Assembly: GCA_965644265.1 (NCBI GenBank)
Contig: OZ286477.1
Location: 27,094,001 to 27,158,000 of the forward strand
Origin: Glycera tridactyla
Taxonomy: Eukaryota
Direction: 5' to 3'
Length of the DNA: 64,000 nucleotides
The notes under the pieces were generated by a model. It had not been told where the DNA came from. It searched no databases and saw only the letters and a program-made list of their open reading frames with translations. A program made the position numbers and the translations under genes. This document shows, one piece after another, positions 24,818 through 38,189 of this stretch. The first letter of the stretch is position 1, and every line of letters begins with the position of its first letter.

Positions 24818-27800
24818 GTAGCGATGGCGGGTAAACCTCGGGGTGTGAAGATAAATGAAAGCGAGGCTGTGATGACGGTGGAGTAATGCCTGGGGTTTAG
24901 TAGTGTCAATGAATCTTTGAATGGCTCGAACTTCACCACCGATATCTGTGATGATAACCATCACCTTCAACGTCATCTTCAACGTCACCACTGCTGTCAA
25001 CGTCAATATTGACGTTAAAAGATCACTCAGAGATTCAATCAGTCATTGCCATCACTATCATTATTGTCACTAGAGGCATCACCATCACTCTCATGTCCAT
25101 CACCATCTCTCACATCACCCCTTCAACCATCACTATCATCACCACCATCACCAGAGTCACCCAAGGAAAATTAAAACGATTGTCGTAAACATTATCGCAA
25201 CGACCATCTCCTCACCACCAATGCACTACCATCATCATCGCAACCACCATCACCGATAGGTGCTAACCACTATGATTTAGGAGCAGACAGTTACTGATCT
25301 TTCGTGGCCAAATTCCTTGCATTTCACGAGTGATGCCACTCTGACAAAAATGCAAATTTTGGGATCCTTTTCGATGAAGTTCTCACTGAAATCCCTATTT
25401 CGGCGAAGTGATATGCCATGATCATTTGACCTACTATTTACGCGAGGTCGAACTGCAAATTGTTCGTGTTTTCTAATCCAATTTGACCTTGGTGACTCGT
25501 GTGACCTGATACTACTCTCCCGTGACCCATATTCCGATCTCCCTCCCCCGGAAGACCCCCATCCCTACACTTATCCAAACTGTAGTAATATGAATATGCA
25601 TGCATGCTTATTCAGGTGAACATGCAAATATATACTTACACCCATTACCCGTGTGATGTGTCATTAGCTTTATGTATTTGACAGAGCAACAGGGTCAAGC
25701 AGGAACACAGGCACTGATTTGATTACATAGGCAGGGTTGCACAGGCAATCTCATAAAACCACTAGCCCTTAATTAACTAGGTCATAGGCCTGCCTGATTG
25801 GCCAGGGATGGGATCAGATGCCACCCTTCCACTTGCCATTGTGGGTATTTGTTGTTTGAGTAGGGCGCTGTAAATCAGCTCTAAAGGAGTGAGCCCACAG
25901 ATAATTTCGGAGGAGATTTGAGACAGTATGGCTCAGAACTACTTTACTGTGCGAATTACTCGACTTTAGGAGCAGGCAGTGGGTCAAGTCACTTGCTCCT
26001 AGGCAATCAATGTACTCTCAGTGGTTTTTGCATCAATATTTCGGGGTTGAATGCAAAAACGGGGGCACTTGACATATATAAGTCTATCTTCAAGTAAACG
26101 ACCATGACAAATTCCGATAATATCTTAGGAAAGCCCATTTTTATGGACAATTGAAAATTGTGAATATGCTGCAATCTGGCTTTAATATTCTACTCTATTT
26201 CCTGAATGTTGCATCAGCTCTTCAAGCAGATGTCAACCATTATTATCTCGTGGTAATGAATACCCTTTTTGAGCCAAAATGCAAGGACTTCAAACATGAC
26301 AATACTCAACGAGATTTTGAATTTTCTGATTTGATCCTTGCAAATATTGGCATCATCACTGCTGTATGGTGGTCAAGGATAGGCATTCGTGTTATTGGCA
26401 TTACCCAGCAAAGCTTCATTTTGGTCTCTCCAATGACGTGCGATCTTCATTTGGGAAAACAGCCTTGTTTGGCTTACATCTTAAACCCGAATACAACTTC
26501 GATGATTCACAGAATGTTCAGAAAAAACGTGTCCGAATTTATAATTTCATTTTGTTATCTACTTATCCAGTGAGGTGTAGCCAGACAACTTCAATGATTT
26601 GAATCATATTTATGATTATGAAGAATCTTGATAAATATGGAACCGTTATGTACAGCACTCACAGCAGAATGGCCAAGTTGGCCCCTGGTTTGAAACATCG
26701 AGGTCTGGCTCTGAAATGACTCAAGTTCCTTATCCGACAGTCTGCATTGCTACATACGAATCATTGGACAACAAACACATCTGATCTAGAAATTGGCAGG
26801 AATCGAAATTTCGGACCTGGGAATGCTAGTTCTCAGAAAATCCGATGATAGCACCTAATCCTGATAAGATGAATTGTGGTGATAAGGCGTGTCCTTGCAG
26901 CAAACCTTCCCTGGCATAATGTACATTTCTCAATCAATTAATCCTTCAATTGGAGACGCCCCGAATCAGCAAGGGACGATGGGATGCCCCTGAGTCAGTC
27001 TTCAACAATAGCCCTTTATTGTGGAGGGAATTACTCTCACGTTCACACAGCTGAGCAAAATTGGCATGTATTGAGCCCTAGGGTGAGCAAAGCCATTTGA
27101 CCTGTTTGCTCTGAGATGACCTTCACCGACGCTAATGTATCATGGTCAAAATCTTGAGGCCGACCCCTAATTGGGGGTCAAGCGACCAATCCCATGATCC
27201 AGTATAGTGATGATGATCCTATGTTCACCAACCTCATGATTAAACTGTCCTGGGTGCCACAAGCCATTTTCTATCCAGATGAACATGACTACTTACTCCA
27301 CTAATGTGCTGATGCAGTGATAGAAGTTTTCAGATGATTATCTGAAATCAAATATCTCGGCATCAATAGCTCACCTTTTCAGATAGTTTGATCATAATGA
27401 AAATTTCGGGACGAAGACTGATTTCAGTTATTTTTCATGATAGCGACTTTCATCCCTACTCATGGCATAGTATGACCACAAGTATCTATCACCGAAGCTC
27501 GTAAAATTGATTTGGTGCCGTTGGAAGCGAACAGAAAACGTGAATTCTTTAGTCTCATTTGCATGTATGCAAAGTTGAGAATAGAAGATGGAAGATGTGC
27601 GTCTGAACTGAGAACTTGACAGGATTCTGGTCAGCTCCGAAGAGGATATCAGAGCTCCATTCAAGTGGGGACTGGGGTGGGAGCATGGGTAAAATGGCAC
27701 ATGGAGCCCAAACTTCGCCCAAATTTGCAAATTGCTGAGGTCAAGTTCTCCCAGAATTTCTCAACCAATACTGCATTATTTTAGTCTATATTGGCTCTAT

Positions 27801-28689
27801 TCCAAGAATTATCTAGTAGGAGTGCCAACTTGGTCCTTCCATTGAAAAAGTTATATGCAGATTAAAGACATATCAAGCGTTTACAGGTCTGAAACATATG
27901 ACAAATGGGTAGGTCCTGAAACCTGTAATAACATTCAAATGATAGTATCAGCATCAAGAAATTGACATTTCAAATAAATATATCGGCAAGCCATACCGGG
28001 AATATAGGCGGACATCACGTGTCCGTCTCCTATGGGCGATAATGGGAGAAAGGGCCAGTTTACTTTCTCTCGATAATTGAAAGCGACATCTACGTTAATG
28101 GCGCCGGTGGAATATTTCCTTCCTGTTACTGCCACCACGACCCCAAACCTGCTGTATATGGCGCTGAACCCATTTCCTCGAGGATATTGTACCAGAAGTA
28201 CTTATGATTAATCATGTCGCTTTGAAAACATCAAGCTCATGGCTGTTACTGGATTCTGGTACAGACTGATGTCATTGGATTTTTCCTGGGATTGGATAAG
28301 ACAGACTGGTTTGCCCTCTTCCAAGAAGGCCTAGTTGGCAATTGAATTGACGATACCCATTTAAGAATGTGATCAACAAAGAAAATCATGAATACGTTTT
28401 TGGGGGGGTTTCAGTACAGCCAAGAGGGGAAGAATCCATGTTTGTTTGATGATAAGTGCGGGTTGTCTTTGGAGATGAGCAGATGAGAATTGATGAATTT
28501 CGGAGGGGTTAGGTTAAATCACTTCAGTCCTTCGCTTGAGTACTTATATAACTACTATTGTAATACTGTCAATTGATTTAGTGCATGCTATTATGCTGTG
28601 TTTGCGTCTGCAATTAATATGACCTGTATTGGGTCCTTTGTAATATTGAACTTACGCAATAAAAATGATTCAATTCAATTCAATTCAAT

Positions 28690-28890
28690 TCGCTGAACAG
28701 CGATGTTCAAGAATGAGCAGGCCCCATGCTCAGGCAGGATACCAAATAAATAATGATCATCATTCAATACCAGATCTCAGCCATTACCCACATCTGGGAT
28801 TTGGGCTTCTCGCAAAGGAGGTGGGACCTCCAAATGCACCACTATATTTCACCCAGGTGTGAATGGCAACCTGGTTATTGCAGAGCATTC
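28690..28890 (+). mobile_element. Old dispersed repeat, possibly a tRNA-derived SINE (copy 2)
   Basis: Homologous to 22640-22880 on the minus strand; decayed B-box-like ATTCAATACC and TTCACCCAGGTGTGAATGG motif. Confidence 0.55.
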
Positions 28891-29469
28891 AGTGTATTCC
28901 CTGGGAAATGATGAATATTCATACCTGAACAGGCCTGTTGATCAATGCAATTATCAAGTCAGAAGGACTTATCAAGGATACCAGATGCTCGTAGCATATG
29001 TAAAGTAATATGTGGGCATTTCCTGAAGAATTAGCTCAGATCCAGGCATTCAGGGGTCAGGCAAGTAGCCTAGTTTGTATCGTGTGTGTATAATGTATCC
29101 GAACATCATCAAAGTTCCGGCGAAAACCACCTGGTCCCCGAACTAACCAAGTGGACCCGACTAATGAAGTGGGCTGGCGCTATTCATCTCAATTATGACA
29201 AGCCTGGAGACGTGTAGTCAATTAGATACGGCGTTAGCTGTGGACCTAAACGGTAGCCGTGCAGCATGCCATGCCATACTTCGTTACCATAGGCTTCTCT
29301 GAGACTACAACAAGATCGTATGACTGTGATGGAAGGCTCACATAGGAATGTCGGAGGGAAACTTAATGAGATACTTCAGAAAGAGTTTCTGACAAACTAC
29401 TGAACTCGGCATCCCTTTCGTAAGTTCAATGATATAATCGAATATCACCCTGCTGATAACTTATAGATC

Positions 29470-29686
29470 TGATGTGATAGTTCCGCGGATCTGCAGATTT
29501 CCGCGTTTTTGCTTTCAGATCATGAAAATCGGACCGGTATCAGTGGAGATAGAGCACAATATTTGTATGGAGTGCGAGTTGCCTTCAGTTACAAGTTGTT
29601 TGGGTTTGGTGATCGTCGAAATCTTGGGGTTAAGTGCTCCTGGTCAGATTTTCAGTGTTTTTGGTTGTGAGCCAATCACATCCCTG
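29470..29686. mobile_element. Dispersed repeat family B, copy 2
   Basis: CAGATTTCCGC...ATCGGACC...AAGTGCTCC...GGTTGTGAGCCAATCACATCCCTG. Confidence 0.7.
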
Positions 29687-30037
29687 TATAATTCCCTTCC
29701 CCGAAGATGCCAACTGTCACATTTTTGCAGTAATCATTACACTTTTCAAACACATTTCTACTCCAAGGAATTCCAAATCTTTTTCGACCATGGCAAATAC
29801 TGCCACCATTACTCCATAAAATTGGCATCATTACTATTTTTCTCATAAAAAAGGTTGTTTCCGTGACTTTGAATGAATGATTACCTATTTGGAGACATAG
29901 ATTGAGCATTCTAAACGACGATATCACCAAGAAATTCAAATAATTGTAAATACTGTCATAGTTACATGTAGAAACTGACAACATCCCTATCTTCGTCGCC
30001 CAAGGTAGACATGACACCCCTTCTTGAAGTAATTCGT

Positions 30038-30043
30038 CTGTCC

Positions 30044-30119
<76 letters not shown>

Positions 30120-30165
30120 CTCTGTGCCTTTGTCTCTGTCTGTCTGTCTCACTCTCACTCTCTCA
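30038..30165. repeat. (TCTG)n microsatellite
   Basis: Direct reading; explains ORF 29676..30194. Confidence 0.97.
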
Positions 30166-32243
30166 TCTAATGCCATGGTAACAAAGGAGGACATCTAGAT
30201 TCGTTGAATGAGTCTTCATTAGTCACAGTTTGTCCTTGCTAGCATAGCAGTATTCTGAGCATGGTTCGCAGAATCTGAATACATGAGAATTGGGTTGTGG
30301 ATGCACTCATGTGAGAATGGTCGTAAATTACGAGAAAAAGGATGCACACCGAAGAGCAGCCGAATGCTAACGGCATGTCATGACAACATCATTACCATAT
30401 TGAGAGTGGTCATAAAACATGGTGATCTTTGCCTCGTTTGAACCTACCACCAATGTGAACTCTAAACACATGGTTGGGTTTTTTTCTCATATGCTCAGAA
30501 ACGGGCATAAAAGGATGTGAACCTGTGTTTCATTGAACAAATAAAGCATTTGACATAGTACAATATGGAATTCGTCTACATAGGAAATATTTGCATATAA
30601 TATGCTATCTTTCCACTTTCCAGAATGTTGATTTAAGAGGTATACACAGCTGTATACGTGCTGTGGTCAATTGCTGACGGATGTCGCTCGACGTGAGGCT
30701 TTTTCAGTAGCTGTTTACATTGAAAGGTGGTCTTGACTACCAAAAAACATTATTTGACTTGCCACAGATGTTTGAGTGTCCTGCAATAAGAGCAATGAGT
30801 TTGCCACTCGGGGTCTACCCGAGTGCCATAAAACTGAAAATATGATGTGTGTATTATCACTCCATGGGTGAGAATCGAACAATGACATTATTGCCGCCTC
30901 ACAGGGCCTGACATTCATGATTGCTGTTACATGTAGCACTCAGCCGGAACATGTAAACAATTAGCTCACTAATTTGACTTTTACTGCCCGTCAATAAACC
31001 ATAATGGATAATCAACAGATAATTAACACTGTCCTTGATGACGAAATCTATGTTGATGAGATAAGCGACTGCAAAAACAGAGGTGGTTGCTATTTGTGAA
31101 CAATTTAGCACCTGTTTTATGAGGATATGAAAGTGGATCATTTTGTCGTTGTACTTATTTACAAGACCTTGAAACGTGTGAAAACATTGTTAACATGGCA
31201 CATCGACGTGATTTACAACTCGTGTGATGTCGCTTCTTTCTCCAGACACACAGCTATTGTCAAGTGTCATTTTTGACAACAAGACAAGTGTTAGGCCTGT
31301 TGGGTACTTTGGTTTACAATACCCTCCTCGATTGTGGTTGACTAGTACAAGACAGTTCTACAACTAACAACCCAACATCTCCTGCCACCACTGACAGATC
31401 AAGATGATTGGCACCAACTGGTTTCTTACACTCTGTCGTTTTGGTACTTCCCCATTCCAGTTCTACTGTACTTCCTCACTATAGTCTAAGGATCCTTGAT
31501 GATCCGACAAGGCATGGATATACAACCTTTTACGACAGATAAGATGTTGGTTAATGAGCTTTCCCCCTCTGTGAGCGAATTTCACGGCATCCCCATCTCA
31601 ACTTGTACATACAGGACTGGCAGCTTTCTGAACACCACACTCTTAATATGTGGACATTTGACAGAAGGATGGATCGAAAGTGAACTTCAAGTGTCTTGAT
31701 GACACATGTTTATCTCAAACCTAAAATTGATTGATTGCTTTATTGAGTGACCACATGACTCTTCTAAGCAAAATCACTCATTCATATCTAGGAAAATGTA
31801 TTGATTCTAACAAACCATACTCCTGATTATAGTAAAAGCAGATGACATATTTAGCAAAAAGCTATATGGAGTCGAAACCTGTTCAAATTCAATGGTTTCA
31901 CCAGGGAACTATCCGGTATCATTGGAAAATATTTGTATGTATTCTCCATTCACATGGAATGCAGACACTCAAATTAGCGGCTTTCGACGGCATTGAATAT
32001 ACACGTGTTTCCATCACAAATAAGGCAAATGTGGGTGTTTATGAATTCGTGGTCATATGCTTCACATCTGGTGCAAAAATCCTATAGGACCAGTCAGGTA
32101 ACATAGGCCTTTATATGTCAGTAAGATCCCTTCTGATGTTTTCCACCTGAACCGAAGCATGCAATTGATATTTGTGAAGGTCACGTGTAGAGATAGGCGC
32201 CTATGTTCACCTGACTGGCGAATTCTTACTATTCGAGTGTCTG

Positions 32244-32246
32244 CGC

Positions 32247-32330
<84 letters not shown>

Positions 32331-32473
32331 AAGATGAAGTGCATCATGAGTATGCATCCACCCACCCATCCATCCATCCATCCATCCATCCTTACATCCA
32401 TCCATCCATCCATCCATCCATCCATCCATCCATCCATTCACCCTTTCGCTCCACCTGCCCCCTCTCTCACTTC

Positions 32474-32540
<67 letters not shown>

Positions 32541-32675
32541 TCTGTATCTCTTTCTGTCTCTCTTTATCTGTCTATCTCAGTCTCTCTGTCTCTGACTCCG
32601 CCTGCTACCTCTCTGTCTCCCTATCTCTGTCTCTCTCTGTCTCTCTCTCTCTTTCCCTGTCTCTCTCTCCCTCTT
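32244..32675. repeat. Compound (TG)n-(CCAT)n-(TC)n microsatellite
   Basis: Direct reading; explains ORFs 32159..32731, 32207..32437, 32229..32441 and 32247..32705. Confidence 0.97.
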
Positions 32676-35600
32676 TTCATACGAGAGTACATTGGCGGTT
32701 CGTAGAGCAATACTCTAAGCATATCTCATGATACCATTTATCTGAGATCAATCATTCTCATGAGCTGAAGTCACTAGTCGTGGCATATATCAATCTATGC
32801 AATATCCAATTTGATATTTTTCAATGCATTTATGCATTTGATGACAATCGGTTGCTTGAAATGAACTGAAAAGAATATAGGTCATTCTATGGGGTTCACG
32901 TGATTAACGACATGACTGACGCTGCATGTTGATGCTGATGCTGATGCTGCAGCGGCATCAATGTCACTGAAGGCAGTTTACCGCTTTCCCTCCCGCCCAA
33001 ACACTATCTCTTCCCACTTCTAATGGTATCACACCCTCAACACTGGTGCCCCGCGGGCTGACATAACGAACGCCAAAGAACCTCAGTAATCAGTCACCTG
33101 GAGCTGACAGTGTTTGACCCGATTCGCTGCAGTATTCCAGTCTGGATGTATGCAATCAGGCCAGATCATTCAGCCTGGCCATGGCACTAATCCCTTGAGA
33201 TTTAACTGGATGATCACATACTTAGCATCTATTTTTCAGGATCCACCCTCTGCTCGGTAACATTTCCCCCAAGTGTATCCTGCATGTATTACAGAAATTG
33301 AACACTGTTGAAACACAAAATTAGTCATGTCAATCTTTCGGACATTTTCCGAATTGCAATAAAAAATGTGTGAATTCTACCTTCAACATCCTTGAGAAAT
33401 TAGAATTAAAAACTGCAATCTGGCTCGAAGATTTTGGACAGTTACTTCTTGGATGTTCGCATATTTCTTAAGGATTTCACCAAATTGTCGGAACAATAAT
33501 TAATCATATTTGCATCTCAGTCTTATTGAATTGGATCTTCAAAGCAACGGAATACTCTCCATGAATATTCATATTTAGCCTTGAGTCACAACATTCTGAC
33601 GTCACATCGTTACAAGGGACATATGACTTCACGATCACGATGGGAATCATATGATATTCCTTCTCATTGGAAGGCGACCGAAATGTTGCTTTTTCTTCCC
33701 AGTAGTATCTTGAAGTTGCCTGTAGCTGAACTTATTGTTGAGAACTAATTGATTCGCAGATTTATAAGGATCTCCTGTAGGGTCAAGTAGGCCCAAAGGC
33801 ACCCGTATCTTCCCTATAATTTCATGGGTATTACCCTCCAGTTAGTCAGTGCAAATTAGCTCCATAAACAAGGTTCATACCCTAATCTTGATCAGCATTC
33901 TCGCAAACCTTCGATGGTGACTTTCTGCCTTCAGAAGTCGTCATATATGTTCACATGATGGACAATACATAACCATTTCTATCATGTAAAAGAACAAGTG
34001 ATCTTGATTTGGGAGAATTTCTTTACAAATGACATGGAAACGTATACACCACAATGTCCATATAGATAACATGGCATATATTCATTAAAATGGGTTGTTT
34101 TCGAAGGTTGTGGGAATATACTGAACAACAATATTGGAATGAAGACTGGATCTGGTTGGTAGAGGAAAGACACCATCCCTATATTCAAGATATTCTACCC
34201 CATCGAATTATATATGCTCTCCTTGTTGAATACTTTCTCTCAACATTCTGATAGTTTTCAATGTAGTTTAACTTGGAAATCCATTTTTGACTGTGACAAA
34301 AGCAAGTACATTGCCACGGAGCTATACTGCGACATCGTCGTCGTCGTCATTGGCATGACCAAATTTCCGAGATGGCGGCGCCCATACACTTGCCTAATGA
34401 ATATACATATGTAAATTATACACTTGGTCACGGAAGTTACAATAGGTGGCGCTTTGAATGCCATGTGCCAGGCGGTACTCCCATCAATCCATCATAATTT
34501 CTGTCTAATTTTAACTCCCATCTGATAATAAGGGCTACTCTAGTATGTTTCGTTATTTTTACCCGTCTATTCATAAAGCTGAACTTCATTTTCTTTACAA
34601 TTCGGTCATATACCTAGAAGCACGAAACCAATATTGCATCCCTTCACCTTTGATGTGAACTTCTTTTTGTGGAACTACCATCTGTACCATTAGGGGGAAA
34701 GTGGCTACGTCTTCTCAATTCTATTGTGATTCTGAGGCATTGAAGTCATTACATGGATATGATTTCACACCCTCTTCCGATTTAGAGTGGGACTCTAGGA
34801 GCCTTCAATCAATGGTCATTGAACCTTTACTTCACTGTGGGGCTCGGATGTTAATATGTATTTGAAATTCTCTGTTGCCTCTTTTTTCAACCATTTCACA
34901 CAAGGTCTTTCGTCATATATATCCCCCCAAGGCATTTCTTTGAATCTTCTGTTACAGTATGTTCTGTGTAGGTGGCTGATGCTCTTCTTGTTCCTCGTGT
35001 GACATGATTTGAGGTGTAGGTTGCTGGTGGTTAGACACACGAATACCTTTCTCCCCTCTCTTTGCAATTGTCACTACCAAAGACAACCATAGTTTCCAAC
35101 AAAAGATATAGTGCAATTATTAAAACCCATTCTGTGACAATTCGTTGCATATTTATTCAACAGATGGGCCATCTACGAGCGTCATATTGGAAGCGGGGAT
35201 GGACCTCTGGATAGGGCAATATCCCAATGTATAGGAGGTAGCGCATCTGATCAAGAATGTCATCGGTGTTCATGACGAACCCCATTAGCACACGCCATAG
35301 GGTTATCCGTGATCAGCATCACAATGAGCGTGCCAGTGACCTCTCTTGGCCAGTCGAGGGACTTCCCTATAGGTCACTTCCCTAGTACGCCGACCGGACA
35401 GTCCGTTAGCGTTAGATTGACTCCCCCCCCCCTTCCCAAAGGTCATTACTTCATGGTCATATTATAGGGATGGTAGCATAGCATATGCATACGCAGTCAT
35501 ACTCCAAGTTTAAGCCGGGATACTGACATTAAGTCATTGTGTCCTTTCCTCGTGTCCTTTTCATTGATAGAATTCAGTGATCTTACTCGATAGAATTAGC

Positions 35601-35861
35601 TTGGTTCGTTCTGGGTCCAATTGCATATTGTAGCACTCTTGATGTCATGTATCAACACAATAGATACGTCCAGTTTTTGCTTGCATACATGACGCATGGA
35701 GTTGATCGACATTTTCTCAGTGGTCACATAGCACCTTGTATCCATTATACAAAGCAATGTAGTGATGATGAGAGACACCAGTATCAAGTTATATGAATAT
35801 ATTTGAAGTGGAAATCAGTAGCTCGAGATGTTGATGACAAATTTCACTATACTAAAACTAG

Positions 35862-36013
35862 CAGTGATGCCACTATTTCGAGAAGTATTCCGACGCTGGA
35901 TCAAAAACTGAAGTTTAGAGGTGACTGCAATCTAAAGTTTCAAATACACACGCTTGTCAGAATAAGTGGTCGTATCGCTCAGAACAATTGACCATATTTC
36001 AGAGAATGCACTG
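35862..36013. mobile_element. MITE, CAGTGATG family, degenerate
   Basis: Starts CAGTGATGCCAC and ends ...AATGCACTG; no TSD visible. Confidence 0.4.
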
Positions 36014-38010
36014 CAGCTCACTCAAAGCTCCAGATTGTTAACGGGTCTTGGCCATTGGCCATATTTTTACATCTTAAGCCCTTCGGCTCCTCTGGCCCAG
36101 CCTTTTGGTCCCCATCAACAACCATTGATGATCAGACAGAAAAAATGGCTCATCATTTTTAGTCATGGCCCATGGCATTTTTTGATTCTTAGGCCATTCA
36201 ATCTCTCAGAAAATCTGGAGCTGTCCTCAATGGCATCGAACAAGTGGAATTGTGTTGGACATGTATGGACAGGATAGGAAGTGGATGTCCATATATGGTA
36301 AAGCTAATGGGCATAGCAAATAAGGGCTGACAATTGAGCTGGATACATGCGGGTCTCAAGTCATGCTAATCAAGATAAAGTCGAGCCACAGTTGTTGAGG
36401 CGTCTTCTGCCTCTGGCTGGCCTCAGACTAAATGAAAACAAATGTTGTTTCACCTTCTGGACGACTTCGATGGCCAGCTACTTAGGGTAATGATGATCTA
36501 GGTACGAACTTGCCCAAATGTATCAGATAAAGTCTATTGAAAAGACAGCTGCTCTGCCTGTCTCGGTGGCTCATGCAGAAGCTTGTATTCCCCATGATCG
36601 AATGTCTTCTTAGAATGTTGGGGACTTGTTACGCGGTGACGCCGGGAATCATGTTAACCATGATCTATCTCGAGATCACAGACTAATGAATTCTCACACC
36701 CCTCTCACATACACAGTGATGCCTTTCATTAATTTATGATTTCGGAGTAATGAGTACCCTTTCTCAAGCAAAATCATGGAATTTCAAGCGTAATATTCCC
36801 CATTGAAATTCATGATTTTCTTATCTAACCACCATTACTATATAAAATTTGCAGCATTACTATTCTTGGTCATCAGAGGTTGACGCCCGTCCCAACACAT
36901 AGGGCTGTTCAGCTGCTATACAAAATCGATAGTTCTATTTACGAACTTTATCAGAGCACACGGTGCTTGCTGAGATTGACCTCTGGGCACATATTCCGAT
37001 GGTCATGTATCCAGAAGCATGTGAATCATCAAGTTGGACTCATGAAGCATTAAATGGGGGGGGGGGGCGAGGGGTAGACTCAAGCGTTGATGAATCTTTC
37101 TTCTATCAACATATGGATTTACCCTGGAAGTCCCGTTGACACGCAGTGAATCATTGATGGATCTTAATGGCCTTTAAGGAAGTGGGATCTGATCCAGGAT
37201 GTATGTGTGCTCTTAGGTGTGGTCGGGGGTGGAATAGCCTCTGGAAATTACCTTCGAAATCCCCAGAAATGTGAGCCATTAGGTGACTTGGGCTTCGACC
37301 AAATTACCCATCACCTAAGCTCATTAAGCTACACTGAACACGTGAGCCGAAAACATAATCAGATGAAGCTTCATGCACACCCCAACCTATACTACATAAC
37401 ATAAGATATATATTGAGCTCAGCACAGTATATGACGGAATGATAGCTATGAACATTGAATTCAACTCACGCAATGATTGCTACGGACCTTGAATTCAATC
37501 CAAGCTCTTTCCAACCATAAGTTTGAAAAAGTTTCCAATAANNNNNNNNNNNNNNNNNNNNNNNNNNNNNNNNNNNNNNNNNNNNNNNNNNNNNNNNNNN
37601 NNNNNNNNNNNNNNNNNNNNNNNNNNNNNNNNNNNNNNNNNNNNNNNNNNNNNNNNNNNNNNNNNNNNNNNNNNTATTATTACTCTTTCCATTAGTTCCA
37701 CACTCAACACTCATCCAAGATTTTCATAATCCTCTCATTTGATCATTGCAAATACTGCCATCATTACTTGAAAATTTCAATCATTACTGGTTTTGGTAGT
37801 CAAGAGTTAGCATTTCTGTGTTAATATGCTGCGAAAAAAATTGATGGTAGATATTATTACAAGCCATCATTATTCTGGGCTAGCAACTACTCGCTCTCGG
37901 CACGAATTCGTGCATTTTACTAGCGATCGTATTCTTCAAAATCAAATGTTCTCATCATTTTATCACATCGCTCTGAAATTGGCATCATTGCTCTTTCCGT
38001 TCATCTGAAT

Positions 38011-38189
38011 CAGTGTTGCCAATTTTCCGAAAATTTTCGAAAATCCGACAATTGGGTGAAAAATGATAATTTCCGAAATTGCTAAAATCTGCTTGAGAGT
38101 GTCAAAATACTTTTGATGATATGATGGGGTAGTTTCAGAAAATATTCCTATATTTTCGAAAACTCAGCTTCATCCCATTGGCATCACTG
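38011..38189. mobile_element. MITE, CAGTGATG-terminus family
   Basis: TIRs CAGTGTTGCCAA...TTGGCATCACTG; close paralog of 6090-6269; TSD imperfect. Confidence 0.85.

Noticed and set aside
24999-25016. Perfect 18-bp palindrome AACGTCAATATTGACGTT
   Set aside because: Near chance expectation for 64 kb and arises from a local CAACGTCA repeat.
26151-26573. 140-aa ORF
   Set aside because: No recognisable motif, non-ATG start, random-like composition.
22760-28800. Shared peptide HHSIPDLxHYxxL at 22800 (minus) and 28760 (plus) with third-position differences
   Set aside because: DNA homology extends beyond the peptide through stops and the copies are on opposite strands; explained by a dispersed repeat.
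32159-32731. Long ORFs at microsatellites (also 9354, 11582, 16669, 29676, 52321)
   Set aside because: Open only because the simple repeats or N runs lack stop codons.
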